A stretch of 64,000 nt of DNA from an uncultured Cyclobacterium sp. GTDB lineage: Bacteria; Bacteroidota; Bacteroidia; Cytophagales; Cyclobacteriaceae. Made by a program: the position numbers and the translations under genes. The notes below the pieces were generated by a model. It was not told the DNA's origin and made no database searches. It worked only from the letters and a program-made list of their open reading frames with translations. Location: contig NZ_CAXBOC010000001.1 in assembly GCF_963976465.1 (NCBI RefSeq), positions 1,103 through 65,102 on the forward strand. The letters are read 5' to 3'. This document shows, in pieces, positions 1 to 9,375 of this stretch (positions are counted from its first letter, which is position 1; the number at the start of each line of letters is the position of its first letter).

Positions 1-3000
1 TCTTAAAGCCAAAGCATTGATGACAAAAGTTAAAATTCCTTTTCTTCCTCCGGCATCTTTTAAGGTACGCTCATCCAAAAGCTGCACTTTAAGCTTGTTG
101 TATTTTAAGGTCATCTCCCCGATTGCTTCATTTTTATCCACCACAAAATGCCATTTTCCTTCCCTTACCTTGCCTCTTTTTACCGTAATAAAAGCATTGG
201 TAGCCAATATGGAGTTGATGGAAGGAAGGTCAAAAGCACCTACCTCTGCCTCCACAGCAATAGGGTAAGGGTCTTCAAATTCCATTTGAACTTTGGCCTT
301 TATCGGAGCTACCTTGTTGATTCTAAAATCGGCTTCCACCTCGGGATTTTTCCTGTCTTCTCCAAATTCCCCCAATCTAAAAGGGTACATTTTGGCATTG
401 AACTGATCAAAAGTAATCTCACCCGGGACCATTCCTTTGATTGGAAACTCTGTATAAGTAAGCATGCCCTCTTTTACAATTAAGGTGTCCAACTCGATGA
501 TCTGCTTGGATAGCTCCATCAACTGCTGAGGCATCATCTTGACCACTGTGGTGTCCTCTTCAATTCTTTTGTCTCTAAAAACTTCCAACTGTGGCATTTC
601 CAAGGTCATGCTAAGGGCTTCAATCTTCTCTTCAGCAATAAACCGCTTTAGGTTTAGGCCTTCTATAGTGATTTTTGGCACATACAATTCCATTACATCC
701 GTTTGCTTTCCTACTGCCCGTGCATAGGCAAACCGCCCTACCCTAGGTAAAAACCGAACTTCATTAAGGATCAATTTGTCCTTAGAAACCATTAATTTAC
801 CAATGCTTACTTTATTCAAGCTGTCCGGTAAATTCAGTTCATAGTCCTTGAACTCAAAACGGAAATCTTCATTGAAAAAGAAGTCAGAATTGAATTGTTG
901 TTTTTGCGTAAAGTCAAAATTCAGGTCACTGAGAATAAGCCTTAGGTTTTTAAAGGCCCTTTTAGGGATGGTGTCGGACTTGTCTATTAAGGCAAAACTT
1001 CCACCATTGAGTTTGAAATTCCTGATCAGGATGCTTTCCAATATTTTGCGGCTCACTTCCTTTCCCTGCCCATTAGGTAATTCAATAGGGGGTTCATTTT
1101 TGCTTAGGTAGAGGTTGACCTCAGGATCTGTTAATCGCAATAGGGATACATCAAGCTCTCCGGTTTTTTGAAAACTTGTAAGGGAGCGGGTATTGATGCT
1201 GATCTGGGGAATATGTGCTTTAATTATTGGGCCTTGCAGATTTTCAGGGGCTTCTTTAGGCACCACATTCACATTCTCTATCAATATCTCTTCCTTCCGA
1301 GAGTCAAGTTGGATTTTTGAAAAAGTGACTGTATGAACACTGTCCTTAAGTGCCAGAGAAAAATTGTCTACATCCAAAGCCATGGTCGAAAAGAAGCTGG
1401 CAATGTCTCCATGTGATAACCTGGTAGAATCAAGCAGAAAGTCTGCTATGGCTATGTTGATTCCGGTATTGATTAATTGTAAATCATTTCCATTCTGGTA
1501 ATTCGCCACATTAAAAGAACCATTGGTGGCCAAAATGGAATCTATTTTGATTACATCAATGGTTTTTGGAAGGTTTCTACTTTTCTTTTTTTCCTCATTT
1601 GGCTTGTCTTCTTCTTTGTTAAAGGCCCGGTTGATGGACAAATTCACTTCAGCATCTGAAAACCGAAGTTTGGTCAATGCCAAGGTGTTGTCAAACAAAA
1701 AGGCTTCCAGGTCTACTCCACTAAAGCTCAAATCGGGAAAACTCGCCTCAATACTGACCTTTGATTCGAGGTCTTTATTGGGCATTAACTTAACATCGAA
1801 GGTATTGATTTCTTCCCGAGCAGAATTGAAGCCGATACGGCCGGCCACAATGCTGTATTTTCCATTGGCCAGGTTAAATAGATAATTGTTAAGGTTGACA
1901 TCTACTTCATCTGAAAACAAGGTCCTGTTAGCTGCAGGGTTTATGTTTTCGTCCAGATAAAAGTTCCTAATTTTTACTGAGATGTCATTTTCGGCGAAAG
2001 ATCTAAACTGTTCATTGGCAAAGTTTTCATAGTTGAAAGTACCTTTTTCGGTGCTCAAAGAGTCAATGCTGATCACTTTGAAATAGCTGGTTATCAAATC
2101 CAATACATCTCCACGTTTTAGCTTTTCTTGCTTGTTATTTTCTTTGGGGATGTATTTTGTCCAATGGATGATAGGACTGGGGATATCAATATGATTGATA
2201 AATAACTTGTTTTGAAAATAGGCTTGGTTGATGTCCACTCCGGTAGCAGAAAATTCCGGTATCTCAATGTCCAAAACGGTTGTTCTGCCATATTTATCCA
2301 GCAAGGGAAGTACCGCTTCAGGGGAGAAGGGTTTAAGTTTAAACCCTTCTATATTCAATAGATCCTTTTGGGTGTCAATCAATATTTTGTCCGCCACAAA
2401 AAGATGCAGGTTATCCGACAATTTTAGGGCATAGTCTTCAATCTCAAGCCTAAGGTTGTCGGCCAGAAAAATCCTCGAAGAAGTGTCTGACATGTATTTG
2501 TCATCCAACTGGAAATTTTCTAGCAGAAAGTTTATTTTCCCGAAAGCCAGACTGTCCTGCCTTACTCTTAGGTGATTGTCTAGCACCAGACTACCATTTT
2601 CTACTTCTAATTTCTGGACATATACAGCTTTAAAAAACCCTTTGGTTAATTGCTGCAAGTCGGTCATTTGGGAGGGGTCGCTTTCTTCGGTAGCATTGCC
2701 AAGGATGTCTTTGATCACTACATCCGGTGCATTTATTAGCAACTCTCCTATGTCAATGATGTTTTCATTGTAAACTTTTCTCAGATTTGCATTGGCAAAT
2801 TCCAGCAGTGGTACTTTTATTTCAAAAAGGGAAGCTTCCGCAAGGCTGTCTTCATTCACTTCCGGTTTAAGTTCTATTTCATTGATCTTAACCTTGTCAT
2901 CTAAAGTAGACAGGTAAATATTGTGTCCTGAAATCCAATGCACCCCGTCGGCCAATGCTATTTTTGCCCGATCAATTTCTAATGTTGCATTTCTTGCATA

Positions 3001-4155
3001 TAGGAAATTATCTTTTTTAAGTTCTTCATCTTGTCCCAGATATACATCTTCCAAAGAAAATTGGATTTCATCTGCTTCAATCCTGTTCTTATTTGGATTA
3101 TGAACACCCCTTTGCAAGAATTGTCCATCGTCAATGGTCAAAGCTTTTATGGTGATCGACTCCAGTAAATCTTCCACCAAGCCATACATGTCTGTGGTTC
3201 TTGCCTCCTCATCCATCGCATTCCTGTCTGTATACAAAACGATATGCGGTGCATTAAGATTGAGGTCTCCAATGGCGACTTTTGACGTTTGGAACATCTC
3301 CATGATGTCAGCATCTGTCAAGGCTAGCTTTTCCAAAAATATTTCATAGTAGACGTCTGCAGCTTTTTCCAAATTAGGGGTAACCCTTACCTTGCTCGCC
3401 AATATTTGCTTGTCCAGAGAAGAGATGGCTACCTTTTCTGCCATGACCCTATGAATGCTATCTGCTAATGAAACCTCAAAGTCATCAAAATCCAATTGAA
3501 AGCCCTCGATGCCAAAAGGAGCATTCTCTTCCTTTTCTCCAATGAGGTGAATGTTTTTGAGGTAAAGGTTGGTGTTTTGGGCAGCAATGGATTTTTGACT
3601 TAGGAAATTTTCTATTAAAAAATTGGCCTGATCGATGTAAAAATCATTGATAAAAATCTCCTTTAAGGGACCATTAAGTGATTTTTTAATTTCGAATTCA
3701 AGTTGTTTGAGTGGGCTGAATTCTTTGTTATCAGTAAGTTCCAATTGTTGTTTGGACTGGATCATGGGAGCTGTCAAGCGTAGTTCATCAGCTGTTAACT
3801 TGCCGTCTTCACCTAGGAAGTTTAGGCCCAATATATCCAATTGATCTACTGAAATTTTATAATAGGGGATCTCTAGGGCATCAAAAATTGTGGGGTCTGT
3901 TGGTACAAGTTGAAACTTTTCGACAAAAAGACCACGCTGAAACAAAGAAAGGTACACCCTTTCAAAGTCTACAGCGTATTTGCCTTTTGAAACTTTCTCT
4001 ACCTGTTGCTGTATATACTCTCTAAATAACCAGTCCGCTCCAAAAAAAAGAATAAAGTGGGTTGAGACAGCAAGAAAGGCGAGAACTGAAATGATTTTCA
4101 GCAATCGCTTTCTTTTTTTTCCGGATTTTTTGATATCTATTTCTTCTCCACTCAT
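1..4155 (-). CDS. AsmA/TamB-like giant envelope-biogenesis protein, partial (start in window, 3' end beyond left edge)
   Basis: Absent from the ORF track because no stop lies inside the window. Own translation of the minus strand: ATG at 4155-4153 gives MSGEEIDIKKSGKKRKRLLKIISVLAFLAVSTHFILFFGADWLFREYIQQQV (basic N-terminus plus one TM helix). The same frame is stop-free where sampled (300-241 KAKVQMEFEDPYPIAVEAEV; 60-1 KDAGGRKGILTFVINALALR). Only short + strand ORFs occur across 17-4180. Family call rests on size and architecture only. Confidence 0.7.
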   Translation of the reverse strand, partial: MSGEEIDIKKSGKKRKRLLKIISVLAFLAVSTHFILFFGADWLFREYIQQQVEKVSKGKYAVDFERVYLSLFQRGLFVEKFQLVPTDPTIFDALEIPYYKISVDQLDILGLNFLGEDGKLTADELRLTAPMIQSKQQLELTDNKEFSPLKQLEFEIKKSLNGPLKEIFINDFYIDQANFLIENFLSQKSIAAQNTNLYLKNIHLIGEKEENAPFGIEGFQLDFDDFEVSLADSIHRVMAEKVAISSLDKQILASKVRVTPNLEKAADVYYEIFLEKLALTDADIMEMFQTSKVAIGDLNLNAPHIVLYTDRNAMDEEARTTDMYGLVEDLLESITIKALTIDDGQFLQRGVHNPNKNRIEADEIQFSLEDVYLGQDEELKKDNFLYARNATLEIDRAKIALADGVHWISGHNIYLSTLDDKVKINEIELKPEVNEDSLAEASLFEIKVPLLEFANANLRKVYNENIIDIGELLINAPDVVIKDILGNATEESDPSQMTDLQQLTKGFFKAVYVQKLEVENGSLVLDNHLRVRQDSLAFGKINFLLENFQLDDKYMSDTSSRIFLADNLRLEIEDYALKLSDNLHLFVADKILIDTQKDLLNIEGFKLKPFSPEAVLPLLDKYGRTTVLDIEIPEFSATGVDINQAYFQNKLFINHIDIPSPIIHWTKYIPKENNKQEKLKRGDVLDLITSYFKVISIDSLSTEKGTFNYENFANEQFRSFAENDISVKIRNFYLDENINPAANRTLFSDEVDVNLNNYLFNLANGKYSIVAGRIGFNSAREEINTFDVKLMPNKDLESKVSIEASFPDLSFSGVDLEAFLFDNTLALTKLRFSDAEVNLSINRAFNKEEDKPNEEKKKSRNLPKTIDVIKIDSILATNGSFNVANYQNGNDLQLINTGINIAIADFLLDSTRLSHGDIASFFSTMALDVDNFSLALKDSVHTVTFSKIQLDSRKEEILIENVNVVPKEAPENLQGPIIKAHIPQISINTRSLTSFQKTGELDVSLLRLTDPEVNLYLSKNEPPIELPNGQGKEVSRKILESILIRNFKLNGGSFALIDKSDTIPKRAFKNLRLILSDLNFDFTQKQQFNSDFFFNEDFRFEFKDYELNLPDSLNKVSIGKLMVSKDKLILNEVRFLPRVGRFAYARAVGKQTDVMELYVPKITIEGLNLKRFIAEEKIEALSMTLEMPQLEVFRDKRIEEDTTVVKMMPQQLMELSKQIIELDTLIVKEGMLTYTEFPIKGMVPGEITFDQFNAKMYPFRLGEFGEDRKNPEVEADFRINKVAPIKAKVQMEFEDPYPIAVEAEVGAFDLPSINSILATNAFITVKRGKVREGKWHFVVDKNEAIGEMTLKYNKLKVQLLDERTLKDAGGRKGILTFVINALALR

Positions 4156-4230
4156 TTTTCAGATCAAGAATACAAAATAAAGAGGAAAATGTTTAAGAAA
4201 GACTGCTAAAAGAAAAATTTGAGCTGCCAT

Positions 4231-4274
4231 AAATAAAAAAGCCGGTGGATATATGTTTCAATATATTCACCGGC
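4231..4274 (-). terminator. Rho-independent terminator downstream of the tRNA-like RNA
   Basis: Minus-sense GCCGGTG(4274-4268)...CACCGGC(4247-4241), extended by ATATAT pairing. It is followed by TTTTTTATTT (plus-strand A-run 4231-4240). Confidence 0.7.
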
Positions 4275-4286
4275 TTGGGTATAAAT

Positions 4287-4429
4287 GCTGTAGGAGAAGG
4301 ATTCGAACCTCCACGAGGTTGTTAGGCAACACATTGAGCTCGATGTGTGCTTTGTCCAATACGCCGGATTAACCGGTTTCCTCACCCCCGAGACAGGAGG
4401 GCATGTCTGCCAATTTCAACACCCTACAG
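4287..4429 (-). ncRNA. Atypical 143-nt tRNA-like RNA (isotype not assignable)
   Basis: Minus strand: 7-bp acceptor stem CUGUAGG/CCUACAG. Canonical T arm GGAGG-UUCGAAU-CCUUC. Class-II-like D arm UGUUGAAAUUGGCAGACA. A 72-nt structured insert lies before the T arm. No ORF; terminator 12 nt downstream. Confidence 0.6.
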
Positions 4430-4576
4430 TGTTTGAGAACTTTATCAAAAATCACTTCGCTTTTCCAGAGCGGAAACCGAATTATATTTTGATATAACAA
4501 ATGTAATAAATCGTAGAGATTAAGAAAATATTATCATTAGAAATATTAAAAAATTATAATATTCTTAAAAAAGTAT

Positions 4577-4613
4577 CTAAAAATAAGACTTATTGGAAAT
4601 TATAAGTCTTATT
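4577..4613 (-). terminator. Possible terminator of rluD (AT-rich hairpin)
   Basis: Perfect 12-bp inverted repeat AATAAGACTTAT (4582-4593) / ATAAGTCTTATT (4602-4613), 32 nt downstream of the rluD stop. Minus sense continues with a short U-rich run. Confidence 0.35.
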
Positions 4614-4644
4614 ATATTGTCGCTTTTAGAGATTCAATAATTGG

Positions 4645-5679
4645 CTATTTTTCAAATTTTACATAATTTTCCCACTTTTCGATGACCGTTAACATGTCCT
4701 CCGGTATTTCCCCTTCAAAATACAATTCTTCGCCACTTATCGGGTGAATAAAACCCAAAGATTTGGCATGTAGTGCCTGCCTGGGGAGTATCTGAAAACA
4801 ATTTTGAATGTAGGATTTGTACTTTGAATATTGGGTACCTTTTCGAATTTGATCTCCTCCATACATGGCATCATTAAATAGCGGGTGGCCGATGTATTTC
4901 ATATGAGCCCGAATCTGGTGTGTCCTTCCGGTTTCTAGCTCGCAGCTTAAAAGGCTGACATACCGAAGTCTTTTGATAACCTTCCAGTGAGTGATGGCTG
5001 ATTTTCCGGCATCACCTTCAGGGTAGGCCTGCATCACTTTCCGGTCTTTGACACCCCGGCCTATGGGTACATTGATTGTTCCTTCATCCTCAACTGGTTC
5101 TCCCCAGACCAAGGCCACATAGGTTCTTGATATGGAATGATCAAAAAACTGCTTGGCAAGATGACTCATGGCCCTTTCAGATTTAGCAATTACCAAGAGT
5201 CCACTGGTGTCTTTGTCTATCCTGTGTACCAAACCCGGACGCCCTGAATTTCCGGGTAATTCAGGAAGATTTTTAAAATAATAGGCCAAGGCATTGACTA
5301 AGGTGCCGGTCCAGTTGCCATGTGCAGGGTGCACCACCATGCCTGCAGGTTTATAAACCACCATTAGGTGGTCATCTTCATACCTGATGTCTAAAGGAAG
5401 ATCCTCCGCTACCACTTCAGTTTCCTTGCGACTTTTTTCCATGGCAAAGGTAATCAGGTCGCCGGCTTTGATTTTATAGTTGGCTTTTACTACCTCCCCA
5501 TTTACTTTAACTATTCCTGAAAGAATGCTTTGCTGAACCTTATTTCTAGTAGCATAGGCCAGTTTATCGGTAATAAATTTGTCTATTCTAATCGAACTTT
5601 GGCCGGGATCTACAGTCAGTTCATGGTGATCGAAAAAACTTTCCTCTTCCGGTAATTCTTCATTCGTGATCTCTGTCAT
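4645..5679 (-). CDS. rluD: RluA/RluD-family 23S rRNA pseudouridine synthase with N-terminal S4 domain
   Basis: 344 aa. Catalytic motif HRIDKDTSGLLV. S4-like region RIDKFITDKL...; C-terminal LHA.SLGFIHP. Confidence 0.85.
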   Translation of the reverse strand: MTEITNEELPEEESFFDHHELTVDPGQSSIRIDKFITDKLAYATRNKVQQSILSGIVKVNGEVVKANYKIKAGDLITFAMEKSRKETEVVAEDLPLDIRYEDDHLMVVYKPAGMVVHPAHGNWTGTLVNALAYYFKNLPELPGNSGRPGLVHRIDKDTSGLLVIAKSERAMSHLAKQFFDHSISRTYVALVWGEPVEDEGTINVPIGRGVKDRKVMQAYPEGDAGKSAITHWKVIKRLRYVSLLSCELETGRTHQIRAHMKYIGHPLFNDAMYGGDQIRKGTQYSKYKSYIQNCFQILPRQALHAKSLGFIHPISGEELYFEGEIPEDMLTVIEKWENYVKFEK

Positions 5680-5731
5680 GGTGCAAAATTAGGATTTGAT
5701 CAAAAACAATTAGAGTTTTGACTTAAAATCA

Positions 5732-6655
5732 TTGGATAAATTTATTTTGACTGCGTTAAAACCTGCCATATATCAGCCACTTCACGATCCGTTAATCAGT
5801 GAAAAGGGCTTAGAAGTAATAGTTAAAAGACTGGATCTACTTCATCCAGATGTTCAAGGTAACAAATTTTATAAACTACATTATAACCTTGAAGCGGCGA
5901 AGAAATCGGGGCTTTCACAAGTATTGACCTTTGGAGGGGCATATTCCAACCATATTCATGCCACCGCCTTGGCGGCTTCTGCAAATGGGTTGAAGGCCAT
6001 AGGAGTCATTAGAGGTGAACTTGTCACTCCACTTAATCCAACCTTGGAAGATGCGCGGAATCAAGGGATGGAATTGTACCCAATGTCTAGGGAAGAATAC
6101 AGGCAAAAAGACAGTGCTACGATACTTAAAAGCTTGAAAGACAAATTTGGGGAGTTTTATTTGATCCCTGAGGGAGGAACCAATGCCCTGGCCATAAAAG
6201 GAACCCAGGAAATATTGGAGGACAAGGATTTGACAATGGATTTTGTTACTTGTCCTATTGGGACCGGAGGTACATTTGCAGGGCTCTTGGCAAGTGCCAG
6301 ATTCAAGCAAAAGCTTATTGGCTTTTCTTCTTTGAAAGGTGATTTTATAATTTCTGAGGTGGATCAGTTGCTCCGCAAATATGGGACTCAGCCCAATTGT
6401 GCGTATGAAATCCAGACCGCCTATCATTTTGGAGGATACGCCAAGCAAAAGCCAACCTTGATATCATTTATACAGGAAATAAAAACAAAAGCCAATCTAC
6501 CACTTGAGCCTGTATATACAGGAAAGATGGTATTTGGCCTTTTTGACTTGATTCAGAAAGATTATTTCCCCAGGGGAAGTAAAATATTGGTTTTACACAC
6601 CGGAGGATTGCAAGGAATCCGCGGGTATGAGCAAAGACTCGGCATTAAGTTTTGA
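5732..6655 (+). CDS. PLP-dependent ACC deaminase / D-cysteine desulfhydrase family protein
   Basis: 307 aa. GNKFYKL and GGAYSNH motifs typical of the family. The track start is TTG at 5732. Confidence 0.7.
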   Translation: MDKFILTALKPAIYQPLHDPLISEKGLEVIVKRLDLLHPDVQGNKFYKLHYNLEAAKKSGLSQVLTFGGAYSNHIHATALAASANGLKAIGVIRGELVTPLNPTLEDARNQGMELYPMSREEYRQKDSATILKSLKDKFGEFYLIPEGGTNALAIKGTQEILEDKDLTMDFVTCPIGTGGTFAGLLASARFKQKLIGFSSLKGDFIISEVDQLLRKYGTQPNCAYEIQTAYHFGGYAKQKPTLISFIQEIKTKANLPLEPVYTGKMVFGLFDLIQKDYFPRGSKILVLHTGGLQGIRGYEQRLGIKF

Positions 6656-6656
6656 C

Positions 6657-8009
6657 CTACACCTCTCCGGAAGTTTCCACTTTTTCTAGAATGGCAGCAT
6701 AATCCAAATCATTCCAATTCTTGGGGACATCCGGGTCTTTCATTACCTCATCCATCACTTTTTCCTGAAGTTTACCAATGGCATAAGCCTCCGAATAGCG
6801 CATATTAGAAAAAGTTACCATGCTGTACAGGGGTTGCCATTCTTTGGGATACAATTCATGCAGTTTGGCTTCAATCTTTTTCCGTATCAGAAATTTAGGA
6901 TCAGCTATATTGTCACTCATCTCTTTAAAATTATCCATGGCCAGCTGGCAGATGGCATCGGTATCTGGTTTCCTTGTTTTCTGAAATTTTTCGAAGACCA
7001 AATCCCAAGAGGAAGTACCGTATTTCTCGATAAGGTTGTCCAAAATAAAACAATCTTCAAATCCACAGTTCATGCCTTGTCCATAGAAAGGAACCATGGC
7101 ATGGGCCGCATCGCCTATGAGCAAGGCGTTGTTTTCAGTCCATGGATAGCACTCTGTATTGATAAGTGCAGAAGTAGGATTATTTTTGAAATCAGCCAAC
7201 AAATTCGGCATCAAATCAAAGGCGTCATTGAAGTAAGTTTTAAAAATTAGATTGATATCCTTGTCATCATAGATATTTTCAAAGCTAACTTTATAACCTT
7301 CAAAAGGCAAAAACAGGGTACAGGTAAAAGACTTGTCCAAATTAGGCAATGCTATGAGCATGAACTTTCCCCTTGGCCAAATATGAAGGGCATTGGGGTC
7401 CAGTGCAAAATCTCCTGTAGCAGTAGGTGGAATGTGTAATTCCTTATAGCCGTGAGAGATAAATTTTTGGTAAAAATTAAATCTTACTTGGCTTTGAAAG
7501 GCATTTCTTAGAGCAGAGTAGGAGCCATCAGAACCAATTAGCACATCTGAAGTCATCCGTTTTTCTGAGCCATCTTCAAGGCAAAATTCCACTTCTCGCT
7601 TAGAAACATTGACATTTTCCACTTTGTGGTTAAAATAAATCTTTGTGCCCAGTGCTTCAGCTTCATCCATTAGCAGTTCATTAAATACATTTCTGCTGAT
7701 GGAATAAATGGCCTGATTCTCTTTTCCGTAGGGTTGAAAGTAGGTATTCCCATGTTCATTATGGATTCTTCTGCCGGACAAGGCTAAGGTATAGGGCAAA
7801 ACTTTTTCTTTCAAGCCTGCTTTTTCCAAGGCATTCCAGCCTCTGTCGCTCAAAGCCATATTGATTGATCTGCCTTCTCCGGTTTTATTTGAATTGCGCC
7901 AATCCTGACGTTTTTCATAAATAGTAACATCTAGTCCTCTTTTTTTGAGGTATATGGCGAGCAGGGATCCGATGAGTCCCGCGCCCAATAGGTCTATTTT
8001 CTCTTTCAT
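6657..8009 (-). CDS. kmo: Kynurenine 3-monooxygenase (FAD-dependent)
   Basis: 450 aa. N-terminal GAGLIGSLLAIYLKKRG dinucleotide fold. IGDAAHAMVPFYGQGMNCGFED. Adjacent to kynureninase. Confidence 0.85.
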   Translation of the reverse strand: MKEKIDLLGAGLIGSLLAIYLKKRGLDVTIYEKRQDWRNSNKTGEGRSINMALSDRGWNALEKAGLKEKVLPYTLALSGRRIHNEHGNTYFQPYGKENQAIYSISRNVFNELLMDEAEALGTKIYFNHKVENVNVSKREVEFCLEDGSEKRMTSDVLIGSDGSYSALRNAFQSQVRFNFYQKFISHGYKELHIPPTATGDFALDPNALHIWPRGKFMLIALPNLDKSFTCTLFLPFEGYKVSFENIYDDKDINLIFKTYFNDAFDLMPNLLADFKNNPTSALINTECYPWTENNALLIGDAAHAMVPFYGQGMNCGFEDCFILDNLIEKYGTSSWDLVFEKFQKTRKPDTDAICQLAMDNFKEMSDNIADPKFLIRKKIEAKLHELYPKEWQPLYSMVTFSNMRYSEAYAIGKLQEKVMDEVMKDPDVPKNWNDLDYAAILEKVETSGEV

Positions 8010-8034
8010 TTTTTAACAGGTTTAATTTTTGGGG

Positions 8035-9315
8035 TTATTCTTTCAATGAGTTTTTGAGGATTTTACTGAATTCAAAAACATCCTGAAAGCTATTGTACAT
8101 AGGGGTGGGTGCAAGTCTGATGACATTCGGATTTCTCCAATCCGCCACCACTCCGTTATCAATCCACAAATCAAAAACTTCTTTGCCTTTTTTGTGAATC
8201 AATAAAGAGAGTTGGCATCCCCTTTCTGTTGGTTTTAAGGGAGTTATAATTTCTAACAATTCCGGGTCTTTAATTGTTTCACGAATGGCAAATTCGAGAT
8301 AACCGGTTAATTGAATACTCTTTTTTCTTAAGTTTTCTAAGCCGGCTTCGGCAAATAATTCCAGCGAAGCCTGGTGGGCAGCTAAGCCCAGTACATTGTC
8401 GTTGCTTAATAACCAGCCATCTGCTCCGGGCATATGCTTGAAGCCCTTATTCATTTTAAATCGTTCTTTTTCATCATGTCCCCACCAGCCGGCAAATCTA
8501 GGCAGCAGGGGGTTGTCACGGTGTTTTTCGTTCACGAAGATTCCCGCGACATTACCGGGTCCTGAGTTGAGGTATTTGTAGCTACACCAAGTTGCGAAGT
8601 CTACTCCCCAGTCATGGAGCTGGAGCGGAACATTTCCTATGGCATGAGCAAGATCAAAGCCTACAGGGATATTGTGTTGATTGGCTGCTTTACTTATGGC
8701 TTTTAAGTCAAACAACTGTCCTGTATAGTACTGAAGTCCCGAAAGCATGACCAAGGCCAATTCATCTTTATGGCTTTCTATATTTTGAAGAATGTCTTCG
8801 GTGCGTAACAGGTGTTCATTTGGTCTTGGCGCCAATTCCAGTATGGCTTCATCTGGAATCAAGCCATGAAATTTTACCTGAGACTCCAATATATACTGAT
8901 CAGAAGGAAAAGCCCCGGCTTCGGTTAGGATCTTGAATTTTTTTCCTTTGGGTTGATAAAACGACACCATCAATAGGTGGAGGTTTACACTTAGGCTATT
9001 CATGGCTACAACCTCCTCCGGATTGGCCCCAACCAAAGGTCCAAGCAGGCTTTTTGAAGGTTTTCTGGCATCGACCCAGGGTACTTTGCCTTCAAAGTGA
9101 CCGTCCACTCCTTTATCGGCCCATTTTTCCAGTTCTTGTTTCAAGTAAGCATTGACGGTTCGGGGCTGTAAACCAAGAGAATTGCCACAAAAATAGATCA
9201 GTGGTTGGCCATTTTGTTCCGGAATATAAAATTTTTCCCGGAAAGTGGACAGTGGATCAGCTTGATCCATTTTGTACGCAAATTCCGGTGTTAATTCAAA
9301 TGCAATCTGATCCAT
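8035..9315 (-). CDS. kynU: Kynureninase
   Basis: 426 aa. PLIYFCGNSLGLQP and PLP-lysine region CSYKYLNSGPG. Confidence 0.9.
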   Translation of the reverse strand: MDQIAFELTPEFAYKMDQADPLSTFREKFYIPEQNGQPLIYFCGNSLGLQPRTVNAYLKQELEKWADKGVDGHFEGKVPWVDARKPSKSLLGPLVGANPEEVVAMNSLSVNLHLLMVSFYQPKGKKFKILTEAGAFPSDQYILESQVKFHGLIPDEAILELAPRPNEHLLRTEDILQNIESHKDELALVMLSGLQYYTGQLFDLKAISKAANQHNIPVGFDLAHAIGNVPLQLHDWGVDFATWCSYKYLNSGPGNVAGIFVNEKHRDNPLLPRFAGWWGHDEKERFKMNKGFKHMPGADGWLLSNDNVLGLAAHQASLELFAEAGLENLRKKSIQLTGYLEFAIRETIKDPELLEIITPLKPTERGCQLSLLIHKKGKEVFDLWIDNGVVADWRNPNVIRLAPTPMYNSFQDVFEFSKILKNSLKE

Positions 9316-9375
9316 ATTTGGATGAAAATGGGGGTATACTTAATTTAAATCAAGGATTAAGGAATCATTTCCATC

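Noticed and set aside
17-4180. Seventeen short + strand ORFs (60-120 aa) listed in the track across the first 4.2 kb
   Set aside because: They occur in all three + frames, are low-complexity (S/L/F-rich), and lie antisense to one continuous minus-strand reading frame that starts at 4155 and stays open to position 1. The long minus ORF explains the region.
4287-4429. The tRNA-like RNA as tmRNA, SRP (4.5S) RNA, RNase P RNA or a YrlA-type Y RNA
   Set aside because: It is too short for tmRNA, and has no GGGG... 5' end, tag ORF or pseudoknots. It has no GGUCCGGAAGGAAGCAGCC-type SRP motif and no GAGGAAAGUCCGGGC RNase P motif. In YrlA the termini emerge from the anticodon side and a Ro (rsr) gene is usually adjacent; here the termini form the acceptor stem and no rsr gene is nearby.
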